A stretch of 64,000 nucleotides of DNA from Pyrinomonadaceae bacterium. GTDB lineage: Bacteria; Acidobacteriota; Blastocatellia; Pyrinomonadales; Pyrinomonadaceae. Both the position numbers and the translations under genes were made by a program. Below, piece after piece: positions 47,344-56,247 of the stretch. The first letter of the stretch is position 1, and the number at the start of each line of letters is the position of its first letter. The stretch covers positions 567,331 to 631,330 of the forward strand of contig OZ243957.1 of NCBI GenBank assembly GCA_965214585.1, written 5' to 3'. A model generated the notes under the pieces. The model saw nothing but the letters and a program-made list of their open reading frames with translations. It had not been told where the DNA came from and ran no database searches.

Positions 47344-48516
47344 TTATTCTTCTGCCGCATCTGCGGTTTTCGTGCCGCATTCGGGGCAGAATTTCGCGCC
47401 CGGCGCGAGTTCGTGTCCGCATTCGGCACATTTTTGTTTTTCCTGCGACGAGCCGCATTCGGAACAGAATTTCGCGCCTTCTCTTAGCTGCGCTCCGCAT
47501 TTAACGCACGGAACTGTTTCGACTTGCATTTTCGCTCCGCAATCGGCGCAGAATTTTGCGTTCGGATTGTTTTGTTTTCCGCAGCTTGGGCAAGCGACGG
47601 TTTGTGTCTGTCCGCCGCTTCCGCCTTGCTGTTGATTTACGCCCTGACCGCCGCCGAAGGCGTTGACCATTTGATTTCCGACGGCAAAACCCGCGCCTAA
47701 GCCCGCGCCTAAACCTGCGCCGCCGCCTTCGTTTTGCGCCGCGTCACGCATCGCGTCCGCTGCTTGAAACTGCGCGTAGGTTTGCGCGTCGCCGAGTGCG
47801 CCCATTGAAGCGCGTCTGTCCATTGCTTCTTCGACCTCTTTCGGAAGGCTGACGTTTTCGACGTAGAATTTTGTAACTTCGAGTCCGTAATCGGAAAAAT
47901 CTTCGTTGATCTTGGCGCGAATTGATTCACCGATTTCTTTGTATTGCGCGGCAAGATCGAGCGCGGGAATCTGCATTTCCCCGATTGCGTCGGAAAACTC
48001 GGTAACAATCGAGCGTTTTAATTGCGCGTCAATATCTTCCGTGTCGAAATGCGCGTTTGTTCCGGCGACTTCCTTGATAAACTGCTGCGGATTGGCAACG
48101 CGCAGACTGTATGCGCCGAAAGCCCGCAAACGCACGATGCCGAAATCTTTGTCGCGCAGCATAATCGGGTTCGATGTTCCCCATTTCATATCGGTAAACT
48201 GCTTTGTGTTGACAAAATAAACTTCCGATTTGATCGGCGAATTAAAACCGTGTTTCCACGCGCCGATCTTTGAAAGAATCGGCGTATTTCCGCCGTCAAC
48301 CGTGTATCTTCCGGGACCGAAAACGTCCGCCACCTGTCCTTCGTGAACAAAAACCGCCGCCTGCGATTCGCGCACGATTAATTGCGCTCCGTTTTTGATT
48401 TCCTGTCCGTGAACCGGAAAACGATACAAAATTGTATCCTGAGTTTCGTCGAGCCATTCGATAACTTCGATAAACTGATTTAACGCTTCATTTTTAACTT
48501 TATCCCAAATTCCCAT
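47344..48516 (-). CDS. SPFH/Band-7 domain protein with Gly-rich linker and four C-terminal zinc ribbons
   Basis: 390 aa; SPFH core; CPSCG...CADCG, CVKCG...CSECG, CAECG...CPECG motif pairs. Confidence 0.7.
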   Translation of the reverse strand: MGIWDKVKNEALNQFIEVIEWLDETQDTILYRFPVHGQEIKNGAQLIVRESQAAVFVHEGQVADVFGPGRYTVDGGNTPILSKIGAWKHGFNSPIKSEVYFVNTKQFTDMKWGTSNPIMLRDKDFGIVRLRAFGAYSLRVANPQQFIKEVAGTNAHFDTEDIDAQLKRSIVTEFSDAIGEMQIPALDLAAQYKEIGESIRAKINEDFSDYGLEVTKFYVENVSLPKEVEEAMDRRASMGALGDAQTYAQFQAADAMRDAAQNEGGGAGLGAGLGAGFAVGNQMVNAFGGGQGVNQQQGGSGGQTQTVACPSCGKQNNPNAKFCADCGAKMQVETVPCVKCGAQLREGAKFCSECGSSQEKQKCAECGHELAPGAKFCPECGTKTADAAEE

Positions 48517-48628
48517 TTTTAATCTCCTTTTTTTCTAAAAACATCAATTGATATACGGCTTTGATTTATAGATTGTTCGCTATAAATATGACACAAAAAT
48601 CTTCCTAAGCAAAATTTTGAACAGCAAA

Positions 48629-49120
48629 TCAATTTTTATAAACTTTGTTTTTACGATTTTCCCAAAAGATTTTGTATGTGTAAAACATTAGAATCACAAG
48701 AGTTGCGCCAAAAGCATCAATCAGAACATCGTAAACCGAACCCGTTCTGGCAGGATTAAAACTTTGATTGTATTCATCAATCGAGGCAATCGTGATAACT
48801 AAAATAAAAGACGCTGAAAACCAGTATTTTTGCAAAAAACGGGCGGAAGAACTCCAAAAAGCGCGGGAAGCAAAAAAAGCCAAAATTCCGTATTCGGTCA
48901 GATGCGCGAGTTTGCGTATATAGCCGTGATAAATTATCAAAGTTTCTTCGGGCGCGTTCGGAAAAATAAATTGCAGAAACGGACGAATAATGCGCGATGT
49001 GTTCGACATCGAAGCCGTCGTCGTCGAAGCAAAAAGCACGACGCAAATCCACAAAATTAAAGGCGCGTAACGAAAAAATCGTCCGCGCCAAACGGGTTTC
49101 TGAAAAAATATTTTTGCCAT
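48629..49120 (-). CDS. VanZ-family membrane protein
   Basis: 163 aa; 4 TM helices with VanZ-like pattern. Confidence 0.55.
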   Translation of the reverse strand: MAKIFFQKPVWRGRFFRYAPLILWICVVLFASTTTASMSNTSRIIRPFLQFIFPNAPEETLIIYHGYIRKLAHLTEYGILAFFASRAFWSSSARFLQKYWFSASFILVITIASIDEYNQSFNPARTGSVYDVLIDAFGATLVILMFYTYKIFWENRKNKVYKN

Positions 49121-49149
49121 TTACTTAGGCATAGTTTCGTAAACCGACC

Positions 49150-49431
49150 TTAATCTATCGTTTCGGGAACGGACATAAGCCCTCCGGCAGCCCCGCTTAA
49201 AACGAGGATCAGCCAACCGACGATTACCATAATCAGCGGAATCAAACCCTGCTTTTTCATCACATAAAATATGATGCCGCTAAGAGGTTGGCAAAAGAAA
49301 TTTACAACCGCCCAAATAGCTTTCTCAGCCGTCGTTTCGCCCGTTTGAATAGCGACGATGATTAGCCAAATCATACCGGCTAACAGCAATATAAAACCAA
49401 GCAATCCAAGAATACCTACTCCTGCTATCAT
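49150..49431 (-). CDS. small hydrophobic membrane protein
   Basis: 93 aa, three predicted TM helices. Confidence 0.45.
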   Translation of the reverse strand: MIAGVGILGLLGFILLLAGMIWLIIVAIQTGETTAEKAIWAVVNFFCQPLSGIIFYVMKKQGLIPLIMVIVGWLILVLSGAAGGLMSVPETID

Positions 49432-49645
49432 AATTTTCTCCTTACAAATGTTTTGAACCTTCTAAAATTTGAAAAACAAATAAAGTTTATCTGAAAATCG
49501 CAGAGATTTCAAATATTTTCGCTTATTTTAACATTTTGTCCAACCCGACATTTCACAAAATCGTGCCGAAAACGATTTTGATAAAAAAACGCAATCTCGT
49601 AAAAGATTGAGTTTTTCTCATTCATTGCTGAATTATCTCGATCTA

Positions 49646-50524
49646 TTAAACCGACGCGCCGGAAACGACTTCGATGATTTCTTTAGTAATCGCCGCTTGT
49701 CTGATGCGGTTCATATTCAGCGTCAGATCGTCAATCAATTCGCCCGCGTTTTTTGATGCCGCGTCCATCGCCGTCATACGCGAGCCTTGTTCGGACGCGA
49801 CGGATTCGAGCATTGCGCGGTAAATCTGCGTTTCGACCTGTTTTGGCAGGAGTTTGCCGAAAATCTCGGCGGGCGGCTGTTCGTAAATATATTCGGCTTC
49901 CGCCGCGTTTTCCGCTTGAGTTTCTTCCTGGGCGGCGATTGCCGGAATCGGCAAAAGCTGTTCGATTCTGATGTATTGCGTCATCACGGTTTTGAATTCG
50001 GTGAAAACGATGAAAACCTTGTCAACGCTCGCGTCTTCGGTAAATGTTTTGATAATTTTTCGCGCAACTTCCATCGCGTCCGAATGCTCCGCGCGACCCG
50101 ATCCGGTTAAATTTACATATTCTTCGACGAATTCCATCTCGCGCCGCTTAAAAAAATCGCGCCCTTTGCGTCCGACGGGAATCATTTCCGTTTGTTTACC
50201 GGAATTTTCCTTTAGAAAAGTCTGCGTCGCTTTCATCAGATTGGCGTTAAAACCGCCACACAAACCTTTGTCCGCGCTGACCAAAACGATCAGATATTTT
50301 TCGTCGCCGCGTTCGTCGAGCAGCGGATGCGAAAATTCGCCGCCGATCTTCGCGCTCAGACTGCCGAGAACTTCGCTCATTTTCACGGCAAACGGACGCG
50401 CCGCCGTTACGCTGTCCTGCGCTCTTTTTAATTTCGCCGCCGCGACCATTTTCATCGCTTTGGTGATCTGCTGTGTGTTTTTGACGGACTTAATCCGCCT
50501 TCGCATATCTAATAAACTTGGCAT
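49646..50524 (-). CDS. atpG: F0F1 ATP synthase gamma subunit
   Basis: 292 aa; N-terminal MPSLLDMRRRIKSVKNTQQITKAMKMVAAAKLKRAQ and C-terminal helix typical of AtpG. Confidence 0.9.
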   Translation of the reverse strand: MPSLLDMRRRIKSVKNTQQITKAMKMVAAAKLKRAQDSVTAARPFAVKMSEVLGSLSAKIGGEFSHPLLDERGDEKYLIVLVSADKGLCGGFNANLMKATQTFLKENSGKQTEMIPVGRKGRDFFKRREMEFVEEYVNLTGSGRAEHSDAMEVARKIIKTFTEDASVDKVFIVFTEFKTVMTQYIRIEQLLPIPAIAAQEETQAENAAEAEYIYEQPPAEIFGKLLPKQVETQIYRAMLESVASEQGSRMTAMDAASKNAGELIDDLTLNMNRIRQAAITKEIIEVVSGASV

Positions 50525-50530
50525 ATTTCT

Positions 50531-50917
50531 TTATAATTTCCGATAAGGCACAAAAACTTTTGACAACATCGGAAAATGTTTTTTATTTAATGTAACTAAA
50601 ACGACATCTTCCGCTTCCACCGTCGCCGCGATTATTGCGTCGGCTAAACCTACGCCGTGACTTTTGAAATAATCCCGCCGAAATAATCCGCCATTTATTG
50701 CAATCTCAACCGTGATTGGAATAACCTTTAAGTTTTTAACGAACTCGTCCAAAACTTTTCACTCTTTATTTTCACGAACTCCAGAATATAATTCGGCGAC
50801 TGTTACGGAAGATACAAGCGGAATTTCAATCAGATTTTCTAAATAGTTGACGGCTTCGATACGATTTCGCAAGTAATCAATCAAAACATCCGTATCAAGC
50901 AAAAGAATATCTTCCAT
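50531..50917 (-). pseudogene. PIN-domain toxin gene interrupted by an in-frame TGA at codon 53
   Basis: MEDILLLDTDVLIDYL...VRENKE-TGA-KVLDEFVKNLKV...GLADAIIAATVEAE; both halves in the same frame (50917-50761 = 156 nt, a multiple of 3). Confidence 0.6.
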
Positions 50918-51183
50918 TATTCTTCATTCCATTGCGAAAATCTGTCAAATTCTTTTCTGATTTGCGTAAAATCCGGCAAATCTTCTCGGTCTTTCCAGAT
51001 TCCTTTCGCTTGTTTCAGACTTTTCAGCCACTTTTGTTTTTCAACTTCCTTTGCGCTTTCTTCACCGATCAGTTTTTCAACCGCTTCCTGCAAAAGATCA
51101 TCCTCAGTTTTACCCGTGCGCCGCGAAAGTTCGCGCAAAAGTTCGGTTTGTGAATCAGTTAGATTGATTTGTGCCGTTGTCAT
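50917..51183 (-). CDS. ribbon-helix-helix (CopG-like) antitoxin
   Basis: 88 aa; INLTDSQTELLRELSRRTGKTEDDLLQEAVEKLI RHH fold signature; stop overlaps PIN start by 1 nt. Confidence 0.6.
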   Translation of the reverse strand: MTTAQINLTDSQTELLRELSRRTGKTEDDLLQEAVEKLIGEESAKEVEKQKWLKSLKQAKGIWKDREDLPDFTQIRKEFDRFSQWNEE

Positions 51184-51188
51184 TTTCT

Positions 51189-51569
51189 TTATTTAACAAG
51201 TGCCTGCGGATAATTCGGACTTTCGGGATTAACCGTTACCGAACGCCTCGACGGATTTAAAACCAAATCCATATCTTCCATTGGAACTGAACCTAAAAGC
51301 ACTTCGTTTCCCAAAACCAACGCGCCGACAAAACAGGAACGGTTTTCAAATCTGACACGAACCGGACCGACATACGGAACTAAATGTTTATCTCCGGTGG
51401 CGGTTATTATCTCGCGCTTTTCCGCTTCTTCAAGATTTAACTGAATTTGTATGTGCTTGGGAATACAGAGCATCAACGCGCCCGTGTCCGCCAGCGAATT
51501 TACCGTAATCGGCTTGAGATCGGTTTCTCTCGGATTTCCCAATTCGATTTCAGCATATACATAACCCAT
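51189..51569 (-). CDS. retropepsin-like (clan AA) aspartic protease
   Basis: 126 aa; catalytic ADTGA motif; located between atpA and TA pair. Confidence 0.65.
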   Translation of the reverse strand: MGYVYAEIELGNPRETDLKPITVNSLADTGALMLCIPKHIQIQLNLEEAEKREIITATGDKHLVPYVGPVRVRFENRSCFVGALVLGNEVLLGSVPMEDMDLVLNPSRRSVTVNPESPNYPQALVK

Positions 51570-51649
51570 AATTTTTGCGAAAAATTAAACTAAAAACTAA
51601 AAAAAGTAGAGCATCTTGCTTAAACTTTTCATCTTTAGTTTCTCACTAT

Positions 51650-53248
51650 TTAAGCACTTGCCATAACCGCTTCATTTTCAGACATTTCCGGCGAACTTGC
51701 GACGATTGCCGCATTCGTTTCTTCGGCGGTTTCGGCTTTATTCCAGCGAGTCGCTTTGAAATCTTCAATTGCTTCACGCAAAGACGCTTTCAAATCGTCG
51801 TCAATTGATTTTTTGTCGCGCAAAGTCTGCAAAACGCCCGGATGCGAATTTTTTATGTAATCCAGCATTTCCGATTCAAAGCGTTTCAAATCTTCGACCT
51901 CGACATCATCAACCAAACCGTTTGTCGCCGACCAGATTATCAGAACCTGATTTTCAACCTCCATCGGCTGATATTGTCCCTGCTTCAAAATCTCGGTCAT
52001 ACGTTTCCCGCGTTCGAGTTGATTTTGTGTCGCTTTGTCCAAATCCGAACCGAATTGAGCAAATGCGGCAAGTTCGCGGTATTGCGCCAAATCAATTCGC
52101 AGAGTTCCTGCAACTTGTTTCATTGCTTTAACTTGCGCCGCGCCGCCAACCCGCGAAACCGAGTTTCCGACATTGATCGCCGGACGCACGCCGGAGTTGA
52201 AAAGGTCGGCTTCGAGAAAGATTTGACCGTCGGTGATCGAGATCACATTGGTCGGAATATACGCCGAAATGTCGCCCGCCTGCGTTTCGATGATCGGCAG
52301 AGAAGTCAAACTTCCGCCGCCTCTCGCGTCCGACATTTTCGCGGCGCGTTCCAAAAGGCGCGAGTGCAGATAAAAAACGTCGCCCGGATACGCTTCGCGC
52401 CCCGGCGGTCTTCTCAAAAGCAGGGAAATCTCCCGGTAAGCCGCCGCCTGTTTTGATAAATCGTCGTAAATTGTCAGCGCGTGTCTGCCGTTATCGCGGA
52501 AATATTCGCCGATGGCGACTCCCGCATACGGCGCGAGAAACTGCATCGCCGCCGGATCGGAAGCCGTCGCGGAAACGACAATTGTGTAATCCATCGCGCC
52601 GTTGTCTTCGAGTTTTTTGACAACCTGCGCCACCGTCGAAGCCTTCTGCCCGATGGCGACGTAAACGCAGATCACGTCTTTTCCTTTCTGGTTAATGATC
52701 GCGTCAATCGCCACGGCGGTTTTTCCCGTCTGGCGGTCGCCAATGATAAGTTCCCTCTGTCCGCGACCAATCGGCACCATCGCGTCAATCGCTTTGAGTC
52801 CGGTTTGAAGCGGTTCGCTCACCGGCTGGCGGTCAATAATTCCGGGCGCGATTCTTTCAATCGGATTATAATCGTCGGTGATGATCTCGCCTTTTCCGTC
52901 AATCGGATTTCCGAGCGCGTCAACCACGCGACCAACCATCGCGTCGCCGACGGGAACGCTCATAATGCGGCGCGTGCGCTTAACTTCGTCGCCTTCTTTG
53001 ATCTTCTGAAAATCTCCGAAAAGCACCGCGCCGACCTTATCTTCTTCAAGGTTGAGCGCGAGTCCGCGCACGTCGAACGGAAATTCGAGCAGTTCGCCCG
53101 CCATAACCTTTTCGAGTCCGTGAATTTCGGCAATTCCGTCGCCCACTTTGATAACCGTCCCGACTTCCGCAACGGTCATACTCGCGTCAAAATTCTCGAT
53201 CTGTGAACGAATAATTTCGTTTATTTCGTTAGCTTTTATCGCTTCCAT
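51650..53248 (-). CDS. atpA: F0F1 ATP synthase alpha subunit
   Basis: 532 aa; P-loop GDRQTGKTA. Confidence 0.9.
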   Translation of the reverse strand: MEAIKANEINEIIRSQIENFDASMTVAEVGTVIKVGDGIAEIHGLEKVMAGELLEFPFDVRGLALNLEEDKVGAVLFGDFQKIKEGDEVKRTRRIMSVPVGDAMVGRVVDALGNPIDGKGEIITDDYNPIERIAPGIIDRQPVSEPLQTGLKAIDAMVPIGRGQRELIIGDRQTGKTAVAIDAIINQKGKDVICVYVAIGQKASTVAQVVKKLEDNGAMDYTIVVSATASDPAAMQFLAPYAGVAIGEYFRDNGRHALTIYDDLSKQAAAYREISLLLRRPPGREAYPGDVFYLHSRLLERAAKMSDARGGGSLTSLPIIETQAGDISAYIPTNVISITDGQIFLEADLFNSGVRPAINVGNSVSRVGGAAQVKAMKQVAGTLRIDLAQYRELAAFAQFGSDLDKATQNQLERGKRMTEILKQGQYQPMEVENQVLIIWSATNGLVDDVEVEDLKRFESEMLDYIKNSHPGVLQTLRDKKSIDDDLKASLREAIEDFKATRWNKAETAEETNAAIVASSPEMSENEAVMASA

Positions 53249-53322
53249 ATTGTTTTAAAGGTGAATGGTGAAAATGAATGAGTAAATGACGAATCTTAAA
53301 ATCAACCATTTACAATTTACTA

Positions 53323-53865
53323 TTAACCATTTACTAATTTATATTTAAGTTCTTCTAATTTTGTTTTCACAGAGCCGTCGTAAACGGTTGAACCGATACG
53401 GGTTACGACTCCGCCGATAATAGTTTCGTCAATTTCGTAATTCAAGCGCACGTCCTTTCCGGTCATTTTATTTAAACTGGTCTGAAATTCCGCTTTCTGC
53501 GTTTCGGAAAGCGGACGCGCGGAAATGATCTTTGCGGACGTGATGCCGCTTCGCTCTTCTAAAACTCCGTCCAGACGCTCGTTTATTTCGCTGATTTGGC
53601 TCAAACGGTCATTTTTCAGCAGAACGCGCAAAAAGTTTGCGGTGGTTTTCGTCGGCTTTGTTCTGGAGATCAAACTTTCCAGAACTTTAACTTTATTTTC
53701 CTGTGCAATCGAGGGATTGCCGAATGCGGTTTGCAGATCGGCGTTTGAATTTATCATCTCTTCCCAAGATTTCAGTTCCGCTTTGACCGAATCGGTTTCG
53801 CCGGATTTCATAACGACATCGGCAAGCGCGTGGGCATAGCGGCGGGCAACTGTTTCAACGCTCAT
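53323..53865 (-). CDS. atpH: F0F1 ATP synthase delta subunit
   Basis: 180 aa; OSCP/delta pattern (ARRYAHALADV). Confidence 0.8.
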   Translation of the reverse strand: MSVETVARRYAHALADVVMKSGETDSVKAELKSWEEMINSNADLQTAFGNPSIAQENKVKVLESLISRTKPTKTTANFLRVLLKNDRLSQISEINERLDGVLEERSGITSAKIISARPLSETQKAEFQTSLNKMTGKDVRLNYEIDETIIGGVVTRIGSTVYDGSVKTKLEELKYKLVNG

Positions 53866-53866
53866 T

Positions 53867-54454
53867 TTAGCTTAAACCTCCGATTGATTGAATATTGTTT
53901 CGGACAAGCTGCGCGTCTTTTTGTTCGTTCATTTGCCCTCTGATCTTTTCTTCGGCAAGGCGCACGCTTTCTTCGGCTGAGAAACGGCGAAGTTTCATCT
54001 GCACCTGCTTGTTTTTGCGCTCGACTTCGCTTTTCGCCTGTTCGCGCATCTTCGTCGTTTGAAACGCGGTTTGTTCGAGAATTCTCGCTTTTTCGGCTTC
54101 GGCTTCGGCTTTCGCGTTTTCGTGAATCTGCCTGCTTTCAACGTCCAAATTTGAAAGCTGGGTTTCCGCCGCGCCCAGTTTTTCAAGTGCGGCTTGTTTT
54201 TCTTCTTCCGCCTTTATCAACTCGGCGCGAATCATTTCGCGTTTTGCTTTAAATGCTTTTGACAGAGGTTTTTTCAAAAGATAGATCAATATGAGGACGA
54301 AAACCGCCAAATTGAAAAACCGCCACGCTTCAAAACCCGGATAATTCGCGTAAACGTCCCAAAAATGAACGGATTTCCCCCACACCGAATCGGGATCAGC
54401 CGCTTCACCGCCGGCTGCGGCAAACAGTAAAAAATTAAATAAAAAAGCTGTCAT
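53867..54454 (-). CDS. atpF: F0F1 ATP synthase subunit b
   Basis: 195 aa; single N-terminal TM then long charged helix. Confidence 0.7.
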   Translation of the reverse strand: MTAFLFNFLLFAAAGGEAADPDSVWGKSVHFWDVYANYPGFEAWRFFNLAVFVLILIYLLKKPLSKAFKAKREMIRAELIKAEEEKQAALEKLGAAETQLSNLDVESRQIHENAKAEAEAEKARILEQTAFQTTKMREQAKSEVERKNKQVQMKLRRFSAEESVRLAEEKIRGQMNEQKDAQLVRNNIQSIGGLS

Positions 54455-54467
54455 ATAAATACGTATG

Positions 54468-54676
54468 GTTAATTGTTGATAGTTAATTGTTCATTGTTAA
54501 AAAGCCAATTATCGAAATCTTTATAAAAGTAAACGGCTCGTTCAGGTTAAGAAAAACAATGAACAATTAACTATCAACAATGAACGAATTACAATTAACT
54601 ATCAACAATGAACGAATTACAATTAACTATCAACAATGAACGAATTACAATTAACTATCAACAATGAACGAATTTA
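54468..54676. repeat. 28-bp tandem direct repeat (aattacaattaactatcaacaatgaacg x ~4, 54555-54676) with an inverted partial copy at 54468-54500
   Basis: four head-to-tail identical units read directly; no unique spacers. Confidence 0.85.
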
Positions 54677-54688
54677 GAATAAATTTCA

Positions 54689-55141
54689 TCAAGCCGTTTT
54701 CAGTATATTCTGACTGATCTTATCAGCCATAATTTTCGCTTCGTCGGCGATCTGTGCTTCGGCTTTAGTGGTTTGCGCTTGTAATTCGGCAAGTTCCGCC
54801 GCCGTTCTCTGTTCGACTTCGGATTTTACGCGGCTGATCTCCGCTTCTCTCTGCAAAACGGCTTCGCGGCGTTCTCTCTCGATCAGATCGTAACTTTCCG
54901 AACGCGCTTCGAGCAGTTTCTGATTGTAAAGTTCCTGCTTTTCCTCAACGTCGCGCAGAATTTCTTCCGACTCGGTAAACCTGCCGCCGCTGCTTTTCTC
55001 GCGCTCTTCGATAACGCGATTGATCGGGCGGAAAAATGTGCGGTTCAAAATCCAGATCATCAGCAAAATCAGCGCGATATGTATAAATATCGTGCCGTCC
55101 GGCATAATCGAAACGCTTTCCTGAAAGGCAAACAAAACCAT
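54689..55141 (-). CDS. F0F1 ATP synthase subunit b' (second b-type subunit)
   Basis: 150 aa; N-terminal TM then charged helix; alternative start MPDGT at 55105 has an AGGAAA SD. Confidence 0.6.
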   Translation of the reverse strand: MVLFAFQESVSIMPDGTIFIHIALILLMIWILNRTFFRPINRVIEEREKSSGGRFTESEEILRDVEEKQELYNQKLLEARSESYDLIERERREAVLQREAEISRVKSEVEQRTAAELAELQAQTTKAEAQIADEAKIMADKISQNILKTA

Positions 55142-55345
55142 ATTCTTTTAGATAAAAATTTTTATATTAAATTGAAAGTTTGATAAACAGAACGGAAACG
55201 CTCGTCAGTTTTCAAAAGAGAAAGAATATCACGCCTGTTTTTAACGGTCAAGCAAGCCTGCAAAGTTAGAATTCGTCTTTTTGTAAGTTAATAAAGCGAG
55301 CGTCAGTTGATGCTCTAATTTTTCAAGTTTTTTTATAAAATTATA

Positions 55346-55615
55346 AGTTTTGCGAGCGCAGAACAACCCTTCCAAATCTGCTAATTTGATTATCCTAACT
55401 TTTTTCACTTGATCTTGAATAGATCATCACCAATAACTGCTCAAGATAATACAGATTGCAGGTCAGGAAGGGTTGTTCTACGCCCGCTTTTTGCAAAAGT
55501 GAAATTGCAATAAAATGATTTCGTCGCGTCCGTATTTACGCATCGGCTCACGCCGAAGCTGCCGACAAGAAACGCCGAAGCTGCCGACAAGAAACGTCGA
55601 AACTGCTGATAAGAG
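55346..55615. repeat. repeat family E copy 2 (55346-55488, inverted orientation) plus degenerate family A half-copy with 22-bp tandem duplication (55521-55615)
   Basis: aagttttgcgagcgcagaacaacccttcc...ggaagggttgttctacgcccgc; cgcatcggctcacgccgaagctgccgacaagaaac x2. Confidence 0.7.
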
Positions 55616-55695
55616 TTTCAATCAACTTGACAGTAAATCATCCGAACGCTTAATTTTAAGCGTATGAATTTCTTCAAGTCATAAATAATTTTTCA

Positions 55696-55795
55696 GGAGG
55701 CGCATCTCGTCTGGTGGCGGGCGCGGTCTTCAAAACCGTCTGCGAGATTGCGAGAGCAAATCTTGGGTGGGTTCGATTCCCACACGCCTCCGCCA
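55696..55795 (+). tRNA. selC: tRNA-Sec (anticodon TCA), selC candidate
   Basis: 8-bp acceptor GGAGGCGC/cGCCTCC. 6-bp D-stem CTCGTC/GGCGGG with wobble pairs, as in E. coli selC. Anticodon loop cTTCAAAa. Long 7-bp variable arm. T-loop GGTTCGATTCC; discriminator G then CCA. Confidence 0.7.
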
Positions 55796-55796
55796 C

Positions 55797-55835
55797 GCCG
55801 ATTTTGGATTTGGGATTTGGGATTTGGGATTTGTT
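55797..55835. repeat. tandem heptamer repeat gatttgg x4
   Basis: gattttggatttgggatttgggatttgggatttg. Confidence 0.8.
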
Positions 55836-55857
55836 GATTTGAATTTAGAGGTTTATT

Positions 55858-56247
55858 ATGACGCAGGAGGAGATGAAAACGCGGACGAAAAAATTTGCGT
55901 TACGGGTGATTAAGTTGGTTGAGAGTTTGCCGAAAACTAAGACGGCGGATGTTATTGGTCGTCAACTTTTACGCAGCGGAACTTCGGTTGGGGCGAATTA
56001 TCGGGCGGCTTGTCGCGGAAAATCAACGGCGGATTTTATTTCAAAATTGAGCATTGTTGAAGAAGAAGCGGACGAATCAATGTATTGGATGGAACTTTTA
56101 ATCGAGGCGGAAATTGTTAAGGAAACTTTGTTGTCAAATCTTTTGGATGAAGCAAATCAGATTCTTTCAATAATCGTTTCAACAATCAAAACTTCCAAAG
56201 AAAAACAAAATCCCGAATCCCGAATCCCAAATCCTAAATCGTTATGA
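55858..56247 (+). CDS. four-helix-bundle protein (23S rRNA intervening-sequence protein family)
   Basis: 129 aa; characteristic LLRSGTSVGANYRAA and EEADESMYWMELL motifs. Confidence 0.7.
   Translation: MTQEEMKTRTKKFALRVIKLVESLPKTKTADVIGRQLLRSGTSVGANYRAACRGKSTADFISKLSIVEEEADESMYWMELLIEAEIVKETLLSNLLDEANQILSIIVSTIKTSKEKQNPESRIPNPKSL

Noticed and set aside
50756-50761. Selenocysteine recoding of the in-frame TGA in the PIN toxin (given selC in the window)
   Set aside because: No SECIS-like hairpin follows the codon. PIN toxins are not known selenoproteins, and decay of toxin-antitoxin toxins by nonsense mutation is common. It is treated as a pseudogene.
54555-54676. Possible CRISPR array (regular 28-bp repeats)
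   Set aside because: The units are directly contiguous with no unique spacers, there are only four of them, and no cas genes are present. It is a simple tandem repeat.
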